In this document: in pieces, positions 16,086-23,140 of the stretch
Position numbering within the stretch: position 1 is the stretch's first letter
Layout of the letters: each line of letters starts with the position of its first letter
Assembly (NCBI GenBank): GCA_041483475.1
Contig: JBGPFT010000001.1
Span: 1 to 35,026 of the forward strand
Source: Fibrobacteria bacterium
Lineage (GTDB): Bacteria; Fibrobacterota; Fibrobacteria; UBA11236
Length of the DNA: 35,026 bases
Direction: 5' to 3'
The notes under the pieces: model-generated
Databases searched by the model: none
Told to the model about the DNA's origin: nothing
Seen by the model: the letters and a program-made list of their open reading frames with translations, nothing else
Position numbers and translations under genes: made by a program

Positions 16086-16718
16086 TCACTTCCCGGGCGC
16101 GGCGCGGAACTTGGCCTCGTCGAGAGCGACTTCCAAATCCTGGCTTAGCCGTTCATGCGCGGTTTCGAGCAAGGCGGAAAGCTCGCGCACCACGTAAACG
16201 GGTTCCTGCTGCGACACGGTTTTGCGCAGGTCGTAAAGTTTTTTCCAGAGCACCTGGCCGTTTTTCTCCTCGATGAGCTGGTATTCCAACGCCAGATGGG
16301 CGTACCAGGTTCCGCCCGGCCCGTCGTATTCCTCGATGGCCTGCACGTCGCAGGTGAGCTGGAAATCCGGGGCGAAGGAATCCGTCGAGCGGATCACGTT
16401 GTCGAACAGGCGCGCGGCGCGGAGATGCTTGAGCAGGAGATCGCCGATCATGCGATCGGGATCCACCGACCAGAGATGGTAGGAATAGAACTGGATTTGG
16501 TAGGCGCTTTGGCGGTACACGATCTGGCTGCGCCGGTAGGTTTCGGCGATGGTGGGTTCCCGCAGCCGGAGGACGAAGGGATAGGGCCCTTTTTGCAGCC
16601 GCTCCGGCGGGGGCGTAGGCTGGTAATCGAGCATGTAATACTTGGTTTCGGGGACCTTCCCGAAAAAGCACGCGGAGAGGACGCCGCCGCCCAGGACGGC
16701 CAGGACCCGGCGTTTCAT
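16086..16718 (-). CDS. ABC-type transport auxiliary lipoprotein (PqiC / ABC_trans_aux family)
   Basis: 210 aa. Lipobox VLSAC. Family pattern: KYYMLDY...PFVLRLREPTIAETYRRSQIVYR...YHLWSVDPDRMIGDLLLKHL. Its ATG overlaps the mlaD stop (ATGA). Confidence 0.8.
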   Translation of the reverse strand: MKRRVLAVLGGGVLSACFFGKVPETKYYMLDYQPTPPPERLQKGPYPFVLRLREPTIAETYRRSQIVYRQSAYQIQFYSYHLWSVDPDRMIGDLLLKHLRAARLFDNVIRSTDSFAPDFQLTCDVQAIEEYDGPGGTWYAHLALEYQLIEEKNGQVLWKKLYDLRKTVSQQEPVYVVRELSALLETAHERLSQDLEVALDEAKFRAAPGK

Positions 16719-17599
16719 TGGCGGCGCTCCTGCTTGTCCTCGCCGCGCAACAGCACGGCGGGGTTGTCCTTGATCTGGCGGCTGAAGGTGTTCATGTTCT
16801 TCATGGCCTCCTTGAGGTTCGCCAGGGCGACGGCCAATTCCTCCTGCGCGCGCTTGGCCGTGGCGTCCATGGTGGTCGCCACCTTTTGCATATCCTGGGC
16901 CGCGACGCGGTATTCCTTCAGCGTGCCTTCCACATCGGCCTTCCGGGCTTGTTCGCGCATGGCGTCCACGGCCGCTTCCACGCTTCCGAGTATGCGGTCC
17001 ACGCGCTTGCCGGGGCGGACGCTTTGCACGTCGCGCACCAAGGAATCCATCGCGATCGAAAGCGCCGCCGAGGATTGCATGAGCCGGTCGAGGCTTTTGC
17101 GGTTCTGGGCTTCGGTGATGGAGATGGCGTTCCCGAGCAGGCGATCCACCTTGATGGCGATGGAGTCGGCCCGCAAGGTGATGCGGCCCAGCATGGAGAG
17201 GCCGGCTCTAACTTCGCCGCCCGGAGACACATCCGGCGATCCGTAGCTGCCGCCGGTGATCTCCAAGTATTTGAGGCCGGTGATGCCGTAGCTGCCCAAG
17301 GTGGCCACCATGTCGGTTTTCATGGGCGTGCCGCGCGCAACCTTGAAATGGACGATGGATTTACGGATGTCCCCACTGTCGGTGGAGATGGCGGCGACTT
17401 GTCCGATGTCGACGCCGTTCTGCTTCACGGGCGTTCCGGGCTCGAGCCCGGTCACCGATTCTTCCAGGCGCGCGAAATAGGCGTCGGTTTTCGCGGTAAG
17501 CTTGCGACCCACTAGGTAAATCAGCGAGGCTGCCAGGGCTGCTCCGGTGATCAAGAGGAACATGCCCAGTCGGGTTTTTTCGGCGCGGGTGGCTTCCAT
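16715..17599 (-). CDS. mlaD: MlaD-family MCE-domain protein with long C-terminal helical extension
   Basis: 294 aa. N-terminal TM anchor, then an MCE domain (GLEPGTPVKQNGVDIGQVAAI...GITGLKYLEITGG), then a Q/A/K/E-rich predicted helical tail of more than 100 aa. Confidence 0.85.
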   Translation of the reverse strand: MEATRAEKTRLGMFLLITGAALAASLIYLVGRKLTAKTDAYFARLEESVTGLEPGTPVKQNGVDIGQVAAISTDSGDIRKSIVHFKVARGTPMKTDMVATLGSYGITGLKYLEITGGSYGSPDVSPGGEVRAGLSMLGRITLRADSIAIKVDRLLGNAISITEAQNRKSLDRLMQSSAALSIAMDSLVRDVQSVRPGKRVDRILGSVEAAVDAMREQARKADVEGTLKEYRVAAQDMQKVATTMDATAKRAQEELAVALANLKEAMKNMNTFSRQIKDNPAVLLRGEDKQERRQ

Positions 17600-18391
17600 T
17601 CACTGCTCGAAATGAAAGGCCATGGCGGCCGTTTCCCCGTAACGCTCGTCGGGTCTTCGCGCCAGGAAATCCCGCACTTCCTGCGGACCGGCGGATTCGG
17701 CCTCTGCCAAGGTCCCGTCGAAAACCACCTTGCCGCCGGAGAGGAAGGTGACGCGATCGGCCAAGGCGCGTATGGAATCGAGTTCGTGGGTGACCACCAC
17801 CATGGTGATGTCCAAAGTCTTGCGCAGTTCCAACAGCAAATCGTCGAGTCCGCGCGAGGTGACCGGGTCCAGCCCTGCGGAGGGTTCGTCGCAGAACAAC
17901 AGTTCGGGATCGGCGGCCAAGGCCCGCGCCAAACCGGCGCGCTTGCGCATACCGCCCGAAAGCTCGCCGGGGAATTTTTCCTCGGCGCCTTCCAGGCGTA
18001 CTTGTCCCAGTTTCAGGCGCACCAATTCGCGCAGCACCCCGCCGGGAATTTCCGGGTGCCGGATGCGCAGCGGCAAAGCCACGTTTTCGGCCACGGTCAG
18101 GGAGGAAAGCAAAGCCCCTCCCTGGAACAGGACTCCGATTTTCCCGAACACATCATCGGCGGGCCGGCCCTCCGACCAATCCAGTTTTTGCCCGAGCAAT
18201 TCCACCGTGCCTTCCCAAGGTCGTTCCAGTCCGGCGGCGTTTTTGAGCAAAGTGGACTTGCCGCAACCCGATCCGCCCAGCACCACCCGGATCTCACCCT
18301 TATTCACTTCCAGGTCCACGCCGTCGAGTACGGGAAATCCGTCGTATCCGGCCTTGAGGCCTTGTACGCGCAATGCCGGGGTGTCGTTCAT
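17600..18391 (-). CDS. mlaF: MlaF-like ABC transporter ATP-binding protein
   Basis: 263 aa. Walker A GGSGCGKST, ABC signature LSGGMRKR, Walker B LLFCDEPSAGLD. It directly abuts the mlaD start. Confidence 0.9.
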   Translation of the reverse strand: MNDTPALRVQGLKAGYDGFPVLDGVDLEVNKGEIRVVLGGSGCGKSTLLKNAAGLERPWEGTVELLGQKLDWSEGRPADDVFGKIGVLFQGGALLSSLTVAENVALPLRIRHPEIPGGVLRELVRLKLGQVRLEGAEEKFPGELSGGMRKRAGLARALAADPELLFCDEPSAGLDPVTSRGLDDLLLELRKTLDITMVVVTHELDSIRALADRVTFLSGGKVVFDGTLAEAESAGPQEVRDFLARRPDERYGETAAMAFHFEQ

Positions 18392-18397
18392 GGCCGG

Positions 18398-19465
18398 TTA
18401 AAGGTAGAACAGGAAGGAAAACACCGCGTCGGCGAGGATGATGGCGAAAATGCAATGCACCACGCAGGCCGTGACGACGCGGCCCACGGCGTCGGCGCCT
18501 CCGCGTACGCCCAGGCCCTTGGTGACGGCGATGAAGACGATAATCCAGGAAAAGGTCAGCGATTTCACCGCTGCCTGCCAGACATAGGTGAAAGGCAGGG
18601 ACTGGCGCAATTCCCCCAGGAAACTGGCGGCGGAAAGCTTGAAGAACAGCATGCCCACCAACATGCCGGTGGCGATTCCGGCCAGGCAGGAAGCTGCGGT
18701 GAGCAGGGGTTGGGTGATGCTCATGGCCCAAAAGCGCGGCAGTGCGAGGAAATGAAGAGGGTTGATCGCCAGGGAGCGCAAGGCCGCCACTTCCTCCTGC
18801 ACCGTCATGGCGGCGATTTCCGCGGTGATGGCGCTGCCGGAGCGGCCCGCGAGGATGACGGCGGTCATCACGGGGCCTATTTCCGTGACCATGCTGACAC
18901 CGATGCCGTCGGCCAGGAACAATGCGGCCCCGTATTTCTGCAATTGCAATCCGGATTGCAACGCCAAGGTGAATCCGATCAGGATGGAAAGCAGGAGGAC
19001 GATGGGCATGGCGCTGCTGCCGAGGCGGATCATTTGCATCGCCGTCGTTCCGCGCAAAAGGGTTTTCGGCCGATGCAGGCCCAGCGTGGAATGGAACAGC
19101 GCTTCGGACAGCATCAGTCCGAGACTGAGGATTTCCCGCCCTGCCGAAAGGGCCGCTTCCCCTGCCCGCTCGGCCAGAGAGGGTTCGCGGCTTCGCTCCG
19201 AAACTCCGGAGCCGGGCGTGCGGATCCCGCGCAGGGCTTCGCGCAACTCGGGTTTGAGGCCGCGCAAGGTCAAGCTCCGACCCCGCCGATCGGCTTCGGC
19301 CTGCAGATGGGAAAGGAAGGCCAGCGCCAGGGAATCCAGCCGACGGAGGCGGGCGCAGTCCAGCTCCAAATCGCCGGCCCCCAGGGTAGCTTGCGCGGTA
19401 CGGGTGGCCCGGGCCGTGAAATCCGGGGACAAAGTTTCCGGCAATGACAACGGGCCGTCGGACAT
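18398..19465 (-). CDS. mlaE: MlaE-family ABC permease with fused N-terminal STAS (MlaB-like) domain
   Basis: 355 aa. The first ~100 aa (LELDCARLRRLDSLALAFLSHLQAEADRRGRSLTLRGLKPELREAL) are STAS-like. The remainder is a multi-TM MlaE-type permease. Confidence 0.85.
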   Translation of the reverse strand: MSDGPLSLPETLSPDFTARATRTAQATLGAGDLELDCARLRRLDSLALAFLSHLQAEADRRGRSLTLRGLKPELREALRGIRTPGSGVSERSREPSLAERAGEAALSAGREILSLGLMLSEALFHSTLGLHRPKTLLRGTTAMQMIRLGSSAMPIVLLLSILIGFTLALQSGLQLQKYGAALFLADGIGVSMVTEIGPVMTAVILAGRSGSAITAEIAAMTVQEEVAALRSLAINPLHFLALPRFWAMSITQPLLTAASCLAGIATGMLVGMLFFKLSAASFLGELRQSLPFTYVWQAAVKSLTFSWIIVFIAVTKGLGVRGGADAVGRVVTACVVHCIFAIILADAVFSFLFYL

Positions 19466-19500
19466 GGGAATAAAATGCCTTTTCTAGATTCTGTTCACGC

Positions 19501-20943
19501 ATGCTTCCCCGAATTCCCATCCCTTTTGGAGGCGTCGCCGCTTTCGCCTTGATCATGGCCGGAGCCGGGGAATCCACGCATTCACTTCCCACGATCCCCT
19601 TGAACTGCGCTGCGGTGGAAAGCCTGGCCCTGGAACGCCATCCCATGCTCGCGGAGAAGGCGTTGGAGGTGGACAAGTCGCGGGAGAAATTGCGCGACCT
19701 CGACATGGGAGCCATACTTCCCAAATTTGAAGTGCAAACCGGCATGGGTCCGGCCCCGGGAATTCGTGAAATACCGGACACGTCGCTGTTCTACGTGAAC
19801 GGCCTGGGGCAGCCCATTCCTCGCAGTGTGAAGGAATTCGATTACACCGATTGGGGTCCCTTTTTCGGCATCGAAGCCACCTTGGTCCAGCCCTTGAACG
19901 TAGGACGCTTTCGCGCCGGCAGGCGGGCGGCCAAATTGCAAATCGAGATTTCCTCCGCCGAATTTCAGAAGGAGAGGCTGGACGTGTCGGAAGAGGCGCA
20001 GACTTTGTATTACCAGCGCCTATACGCCCTGACCATGCGCCGGGTACTCGAGTCCGCGCGCCGCGATTTGGACAAAGCGCAAAAAAAACTGGCCGAGCAG
20101 CTCGACGAAGGGGATAAGGACGTTTCCCAAACCGATTTGTTGCAGATGAAGGCCGGCCGCTATGCCCTCGACCAGGGCTGGAACGAAGCCGTGCTGGGAA
20201 TTTCGCGCACCGACCTGGGCCTGCGATTTTTGCTGGGTTGGGCGGATTCCTCGTCCCCGGCGCTGGCGGATACGCTGTTGTCCCAGCGGGCGGAGGCGAT
20301 GCCTTCGCTCGATTCGCTCAAGGTGTTCACCTTGCGCGATCATCCCGATCTGGCCAGATTGCGCAACGGTCTGGCGGCGCGCAGGGAATTGCTCAAGGTG
20401 GCGCAGGGGGAACTGGGCCCGGACATTTTTCTTTTCGGCAGTTTCAAGTACACCAAGGCCTGGTCCTCGGATCGGCAATCCGGGGGACGCGATCCCTTCG
20501 CACGCGATCCCTTGAACGAGTTGACGGGCGTGGCTGGACTGGGCATGCGCTTGCAGCTCAATTTCTGGCAGCGCTATCAGAAATACCGCAAGGAGAGGCT
20601 GGAGTTGCGCCAATTGGAGCGCACCGAGGTCTATGCCGCCCGGGGACTTTTGCTCAAAACCGAGGATGCCTATGTCCGATGGGTGAAGTCCAAGTCGGAC
20701 GCGGAAGAGGCGCAAAAGGCCCTGCGCGCGGCCGAGGCTTGGCTGAAGGGCGTGGCCATGAAATACGATCTGGATCCTTCCATCGGCAAGGATCTGATCG
20801 CTCCATTCAAGCAGTCGTTGACGGCCAAGCGCGACTATTACCAGGCCGTGTTGGAATACGACCTGTCGGTGGCCCGCTTGTTCAAGGCGGTGGGTTGGAC
20901 GATGCCCGACCATCTTCGTAGCTTGGTCGGTGGAAAGGGATGA
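19501..20943 (+). CDS. TolC-family outer membrane protein (OEP repeats)
   Basis: 480 aa with a signal peptide. Typical OEP opening: LNCAAVESLALERHPMLAEKALEVDKSREKLRDLDMGAILPKFEV. Two helical repeat halves. Divergent from mlaE across only 35 bp. Confidence 0.8.
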   Translation: MLPRIPIPFGGVAAFALIMAGAGESTHSLPTIPLNCAAVESLALERHPMLAEKALEVDKSREKLRDLDMGAILPKFEVQTGMGPAPGIREIPDTSLFYVNGLGQPIPRSVKEFDYTDWGPFFGIEATLVQPLNVGRFRAGRRAAKLQIEISSAEFQKERLDVSEEAQTLYYQRLYALTMRRVLESARRDLDKAQKKLAEQLDEGDKDVSQTDLLQMKAGRYALDQGWNEAVLGISRTDLGLRFLLGWADSSSPALADTLLSQRAEAMPSLDSLKVFTLRDHPDLARLRNGLAARRELLKVAQGELGPDIFLFGSFKYTKAWSSDRQSGGRDPFARDPLNELTGVAGLGMRLQLNFWQRYQKYRKERLELRQLERTEVYAARGLLLKTEDAYVRWVKSKSDAEEAQKALRAAEAWLKGVAMKYDLDPSIGKDLIAPFKQSLTAKRDYYQAVLEYDLSVARLFKAVGWTMPDHLRSLVGGKG

Positions 20944-21635
20944 CGAAAATGCGCGCGTGGAAGCAGGTATTGGCGGCGGCGGTCGGGGCGGTCCTCGTGG
21001 CCGTCCCGATCGCCGCGGCGGATTCGGCAAAAGCCGCCATCCCCGATCCGGTCGAAGTGATCCGGACCAAGGACGCCGAGCTGCAAAAGCTTTTGCGCGA
21101 CAAGGAAAAGAAAACCGATCGCATCAAGGCGCTGATCAACGGCATTTTCGACTTCGAAGAGCTCGGGCGGCGCGCCCTGGGACCCGCCCAATGGGGCAAG
21201 ATGGCCGCGGCCCAGCAAGTCCGTTTCGTGAAAGCCTTTCGGGAGATGGTGGAGAACTCCTCGGTCAAGAAACTCGAGGCCTATGTCAGCGATTCGACCC
21301 GTTATGACAAGCCGGAGGGAAGCGAGGAAAAAACCAATGTCACCGCCCATGTTTTCTCCAAGGGAACGGAATCGGTGGTCACCTACAAGCTGCTTCTGAA
21401 ACAGGGGGTTTGGAGGGCCTGGGATCTTGTGATCGACGATCTCAGCACGGCGGGAAATTACGGCGACCAGTTCCGGAAAATCCTGGAAAAAAACACCCTT
21501 GATGGTCTCATCGCCAAGCTGGAAAAGAAGGCCAACAGCGGGACGACTTCCAAGACCGCCGACAACGTGAAAGCCAAATCCGAGAAGACGAGCAAAGCCT
21601 CGGTGGCGAAGAAAACCCCCTCCTCGGGATCCTGA
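20940..21635 (+). CDS. mlaC: MlaC / Ttg2D-family periplasmic phospholipid-binding protein
   Basis: 231 aa with a signal peptide. Motifs: FDFEELGRRALGPAQWGKM..QQVRFVKAF, VWRAWDLVIDDLSTAGNYGDQF. K/S/T-rich tail. Its ATG overlaps the TolC stop (ATGA). Confidence 0.85.
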   Translation: MTKMRAWKQVLAAAVGAVLVAVPIAAADSAKAAIPDPVEVIRTKDAELQKLLRDKEKKTDRIKALINGIFDFEELGRRALGPAQWGKMAAAQQVRFVKAFREMVENSSVKKLEAYVSDSTRYDKPEGSEEKTNVTAHVFSKGTESVVTYKLLLKQGVWRAWDLVIDDLSTAGNYGDQFRKILEKNTLDGLIAKLEKKANSGTTSKTADNVKAKSEKTSKASVAKKTPSSGS

Positions 21636-21650
21636 ACGTTCCCCGATCCC

Positions 21651-22247
21651 ATGCCGTTCTGGGCGATCGTCCTTGCGTTCGCGGCCATTCCCGCCGTTTT
21701 CTTTTTTCTCTTCCGCCTGCGCTACCGCTTCGACTGGGCGGGCGGAAAAACCTGGTCGGCCGCGCTCGAATACGGCCTGCCCGGATTCATGCGCACGCGC
21801 CGCTTTTCCTCCGCCCCGGCACCGGGCCAAGCCGGTTTTATCGACCTGCCGTCTTTTTTTCGCCTGGATCCCAAGCGGCTGCGACGCGCGCTATTCCGCA
21901 TGGCTATGGACGTTTCCCTGCTCCGGGCGTTGGCCCGCTTCGCTGTTCGGGGATCAGGAGCGACATTCCGACTCCTGGATTTTCGGATGCGCTGCGCGGT
22001 GAGCCATCCCGATCCCGCCTTACTGGGGCGTTTCGTCGGGTATTATCACGCGGCGCTGGTTCTTCCCGGCGCGCGCCGAATCGACCTGCGCTTCCGGTTC
22101 CAGGACCGGCATGTCGCCGCGGCCGTGAGCGCATGGGGCGGTTTTTCCGCCGCGCGCTTCCTGATCTTCCTCCTCGGGGCGATGGCTGCCTTTCCCTGGC
22201 GGCCGCTGCTTCGCAGCGTCTGGCGCGGTTGGCCAAGGGATAGTTAA
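21651..22247 (+). CDS. Hypothetical membrane protein (N- and C-terminal hydrophobic segments, Arg-rich core)
   Basis: 198 aa, starting 16 nt after the mlaC stop. N-terminal TM segment WAIVLAFAAIPAVFFFLF and C-terminal hydrophobic segment FLIFLLGAMAAF. No family confidently recognised, with only a loose resemblance to DUF2953. Confidence 0.5.
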   Translation: MPFWAIVLAFAAIPAVFFFLFRLRYRFDWAGGKTWSAALEYGLPGFMRTRRFSSAPAPGQAGFIDLPSFFRLDPKRLRRALFRMAMDVSLLRALARFAVRGSGATFRLLDFRMRCAVSHPDPALLGRFVGYYHAALVLPGARRIDLRFRFQDRHVAAAVSAWGGFSAARFLIFLLGAMAAFPWRPLLRSVWRGWPRDS

Positions 22248-22258
22248 ATTCCCGCCCG

Positions 22259-22690
22259 ATGAGTTTCCTGGAAAAAGAGGACGCGAAACCCTCGACGTTT
22301 TGGGATTGGGTGATCGGCGTAGCCTTATTGTGCCTGGTCGGCGGCTTCACCTACTTCTATCAATATCAGAAGCGTTATTCCCGGCAGAAATTCCAGGCGG
22401 CCGATTCGCTGTTCCAGGCGGGCAAATTTCCGGAGGCGGAGCGGGCCTACGAGGAGCTCAAGGGTGCCCAGTACCTGACCACATCCCATGACAGCCTGAT
22501 TTACGCCCGGCTGGATTCGGTGTCATCCATGGAGGACGGGGAAAAGGAAACCCTGGCCCGTGCGCGCGCCAAGCTGGCTGCCGGGGACACGACCGGCGCC
22601 CGGGCCGAAATCAAAGCGCGCATCTTCCGCGGCCTGCTGCGGGACGAGGATCAGGCTGCGCTGGATTCGATCAAGGTGATTTTGCGCTGA
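22259..22690 (+). CDS. Hypothetical single-pass membrane protein with TPR-like helical ectodomain
   Basis: 143 aa. TM segment WVIGVALLCLVGGFTYF, followed by ADSLFQAGKFPEAERAYEEL (TPR-like). It starts 11 nt after the preceding stop. Confidence 0.5.
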   Translation: MSFLEKEDAKPSTFWDWVIGVALLCLVGGFTYFYQYQKRYSRQKFQAADSLFQAGKFPEAERAYEELKGAQYLTTSHDSLIYARLDSVSSMEDGEKETLARARAKLAAGDTTGARAEIKARIFRGLLRDEDQAALDSIKVILR

Positions 22691-22692
22691 TC

Positions 22693-22734
22693 CGCTCACC
22701 TCGATATGGCCCTGTCGGGCCTACTCGGTGAGCG
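22693..22734. terminator. Two-tier hairpin between convergent genes (outer CGCTCACC/GGTGAGCG, inner GGCCC-TGTC-GGGCC)
   Basis: Read directly. The outer 8-bp stem is at 22693-22700 and 22727-22734, and the inner 5-bp stem is at 22708-22721. It spans the 30-bp gap between the 143-aa gene stop and the tsaE stop. No U-tract. Confidence 0.3.
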
Positions 22735-23140
22735 TGCTTCCTTGTATTTGAATTTGCCGTTCGGATTCCCCGGTCGGTTTCAGCTCGATTCGGTGGGTAA
22801 AATTTTGCCTTTCGGGCGGCAGCCGCTCAGGCCATTCGATCAGGCAAATCCCCTCGCCGTGGAGATAGTGATCGAGGCCGATTTCCTCCCAATCCGCGTT
22901 GGGAGCCAAGCGGTAAAGGTCCAGGTGATAAACGGGAATGCGCGCCGCGTACTCGTGAACCAGCGCGTAGGTGGGCGAAGCGATGTCGCCCGTATACCCC
23001 AGCGCACGCGCGACGCCCCGGGAGAAAAGCGTTTTGCCCGCCCCCAAAGGGCCTTGCAGCGCCACCACGTCGCCGGGTTTTAAGGAGGCGGCGAAACGGG
23101 CGGCGATGGAGAGGGTCTCAGTCTCGGAATGGGAGATCAC
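22721..23140 (-). CDS. tsaE: tRNA t6A37 threonylcarbamoyltransferase complex ATPase TsaE
   Basis: 139 aa from a GTG at 23140 that overlaps the porX stop (GTGA). Walker A GPLGAGKT. Family blocks SPTYALVHEY, YHLDLYRL, IEWPE. The 541-aa track ORF is an artefactual upstream extension. Confidence 0.85.
   Translation of the reverse strand: MISHSETETLSIAARFAASLKPGDVVALQGPLGAGKTLFSRGVARALGYTGDIASPTYALVHEYAARIPVYHLDLYRLAPNADWEEIGLDHYLHGEGICLIEWPERLPPERQNFTHRIELKPTGESERQIQIQGSTLTE

Noticed and set aside
17612-19447. A 611-aa plus-strand ORF, together with similar long antisense ORFs at 1530-2558, 7907-9148, 9145-10536, 11232-12437, 13204-14199, 14474-16078, 16155-17246, 20020-21030, 23146-24327 and 27493-28419.
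   Set aside because: Each lies exactly antisense to a gene with clear family motifs. Their translations are low-complexity (rich in R, G, A, P, H and Q) with no recognisable domains. Stop-poor antisense frames are expected in GC-rich DNA.
18300-19781. A 493-aa minus-strand ORF overlapping mlaE in another frame and extending across the divergent gap into the TolC gene.
   Set aside because: The translation is Arg/Pro/Gly-rich nonsense. The alternative frame (18398-19465) gives a bona fide STAS-MlaE protein. The ORF would also run antisense through the TolC start.
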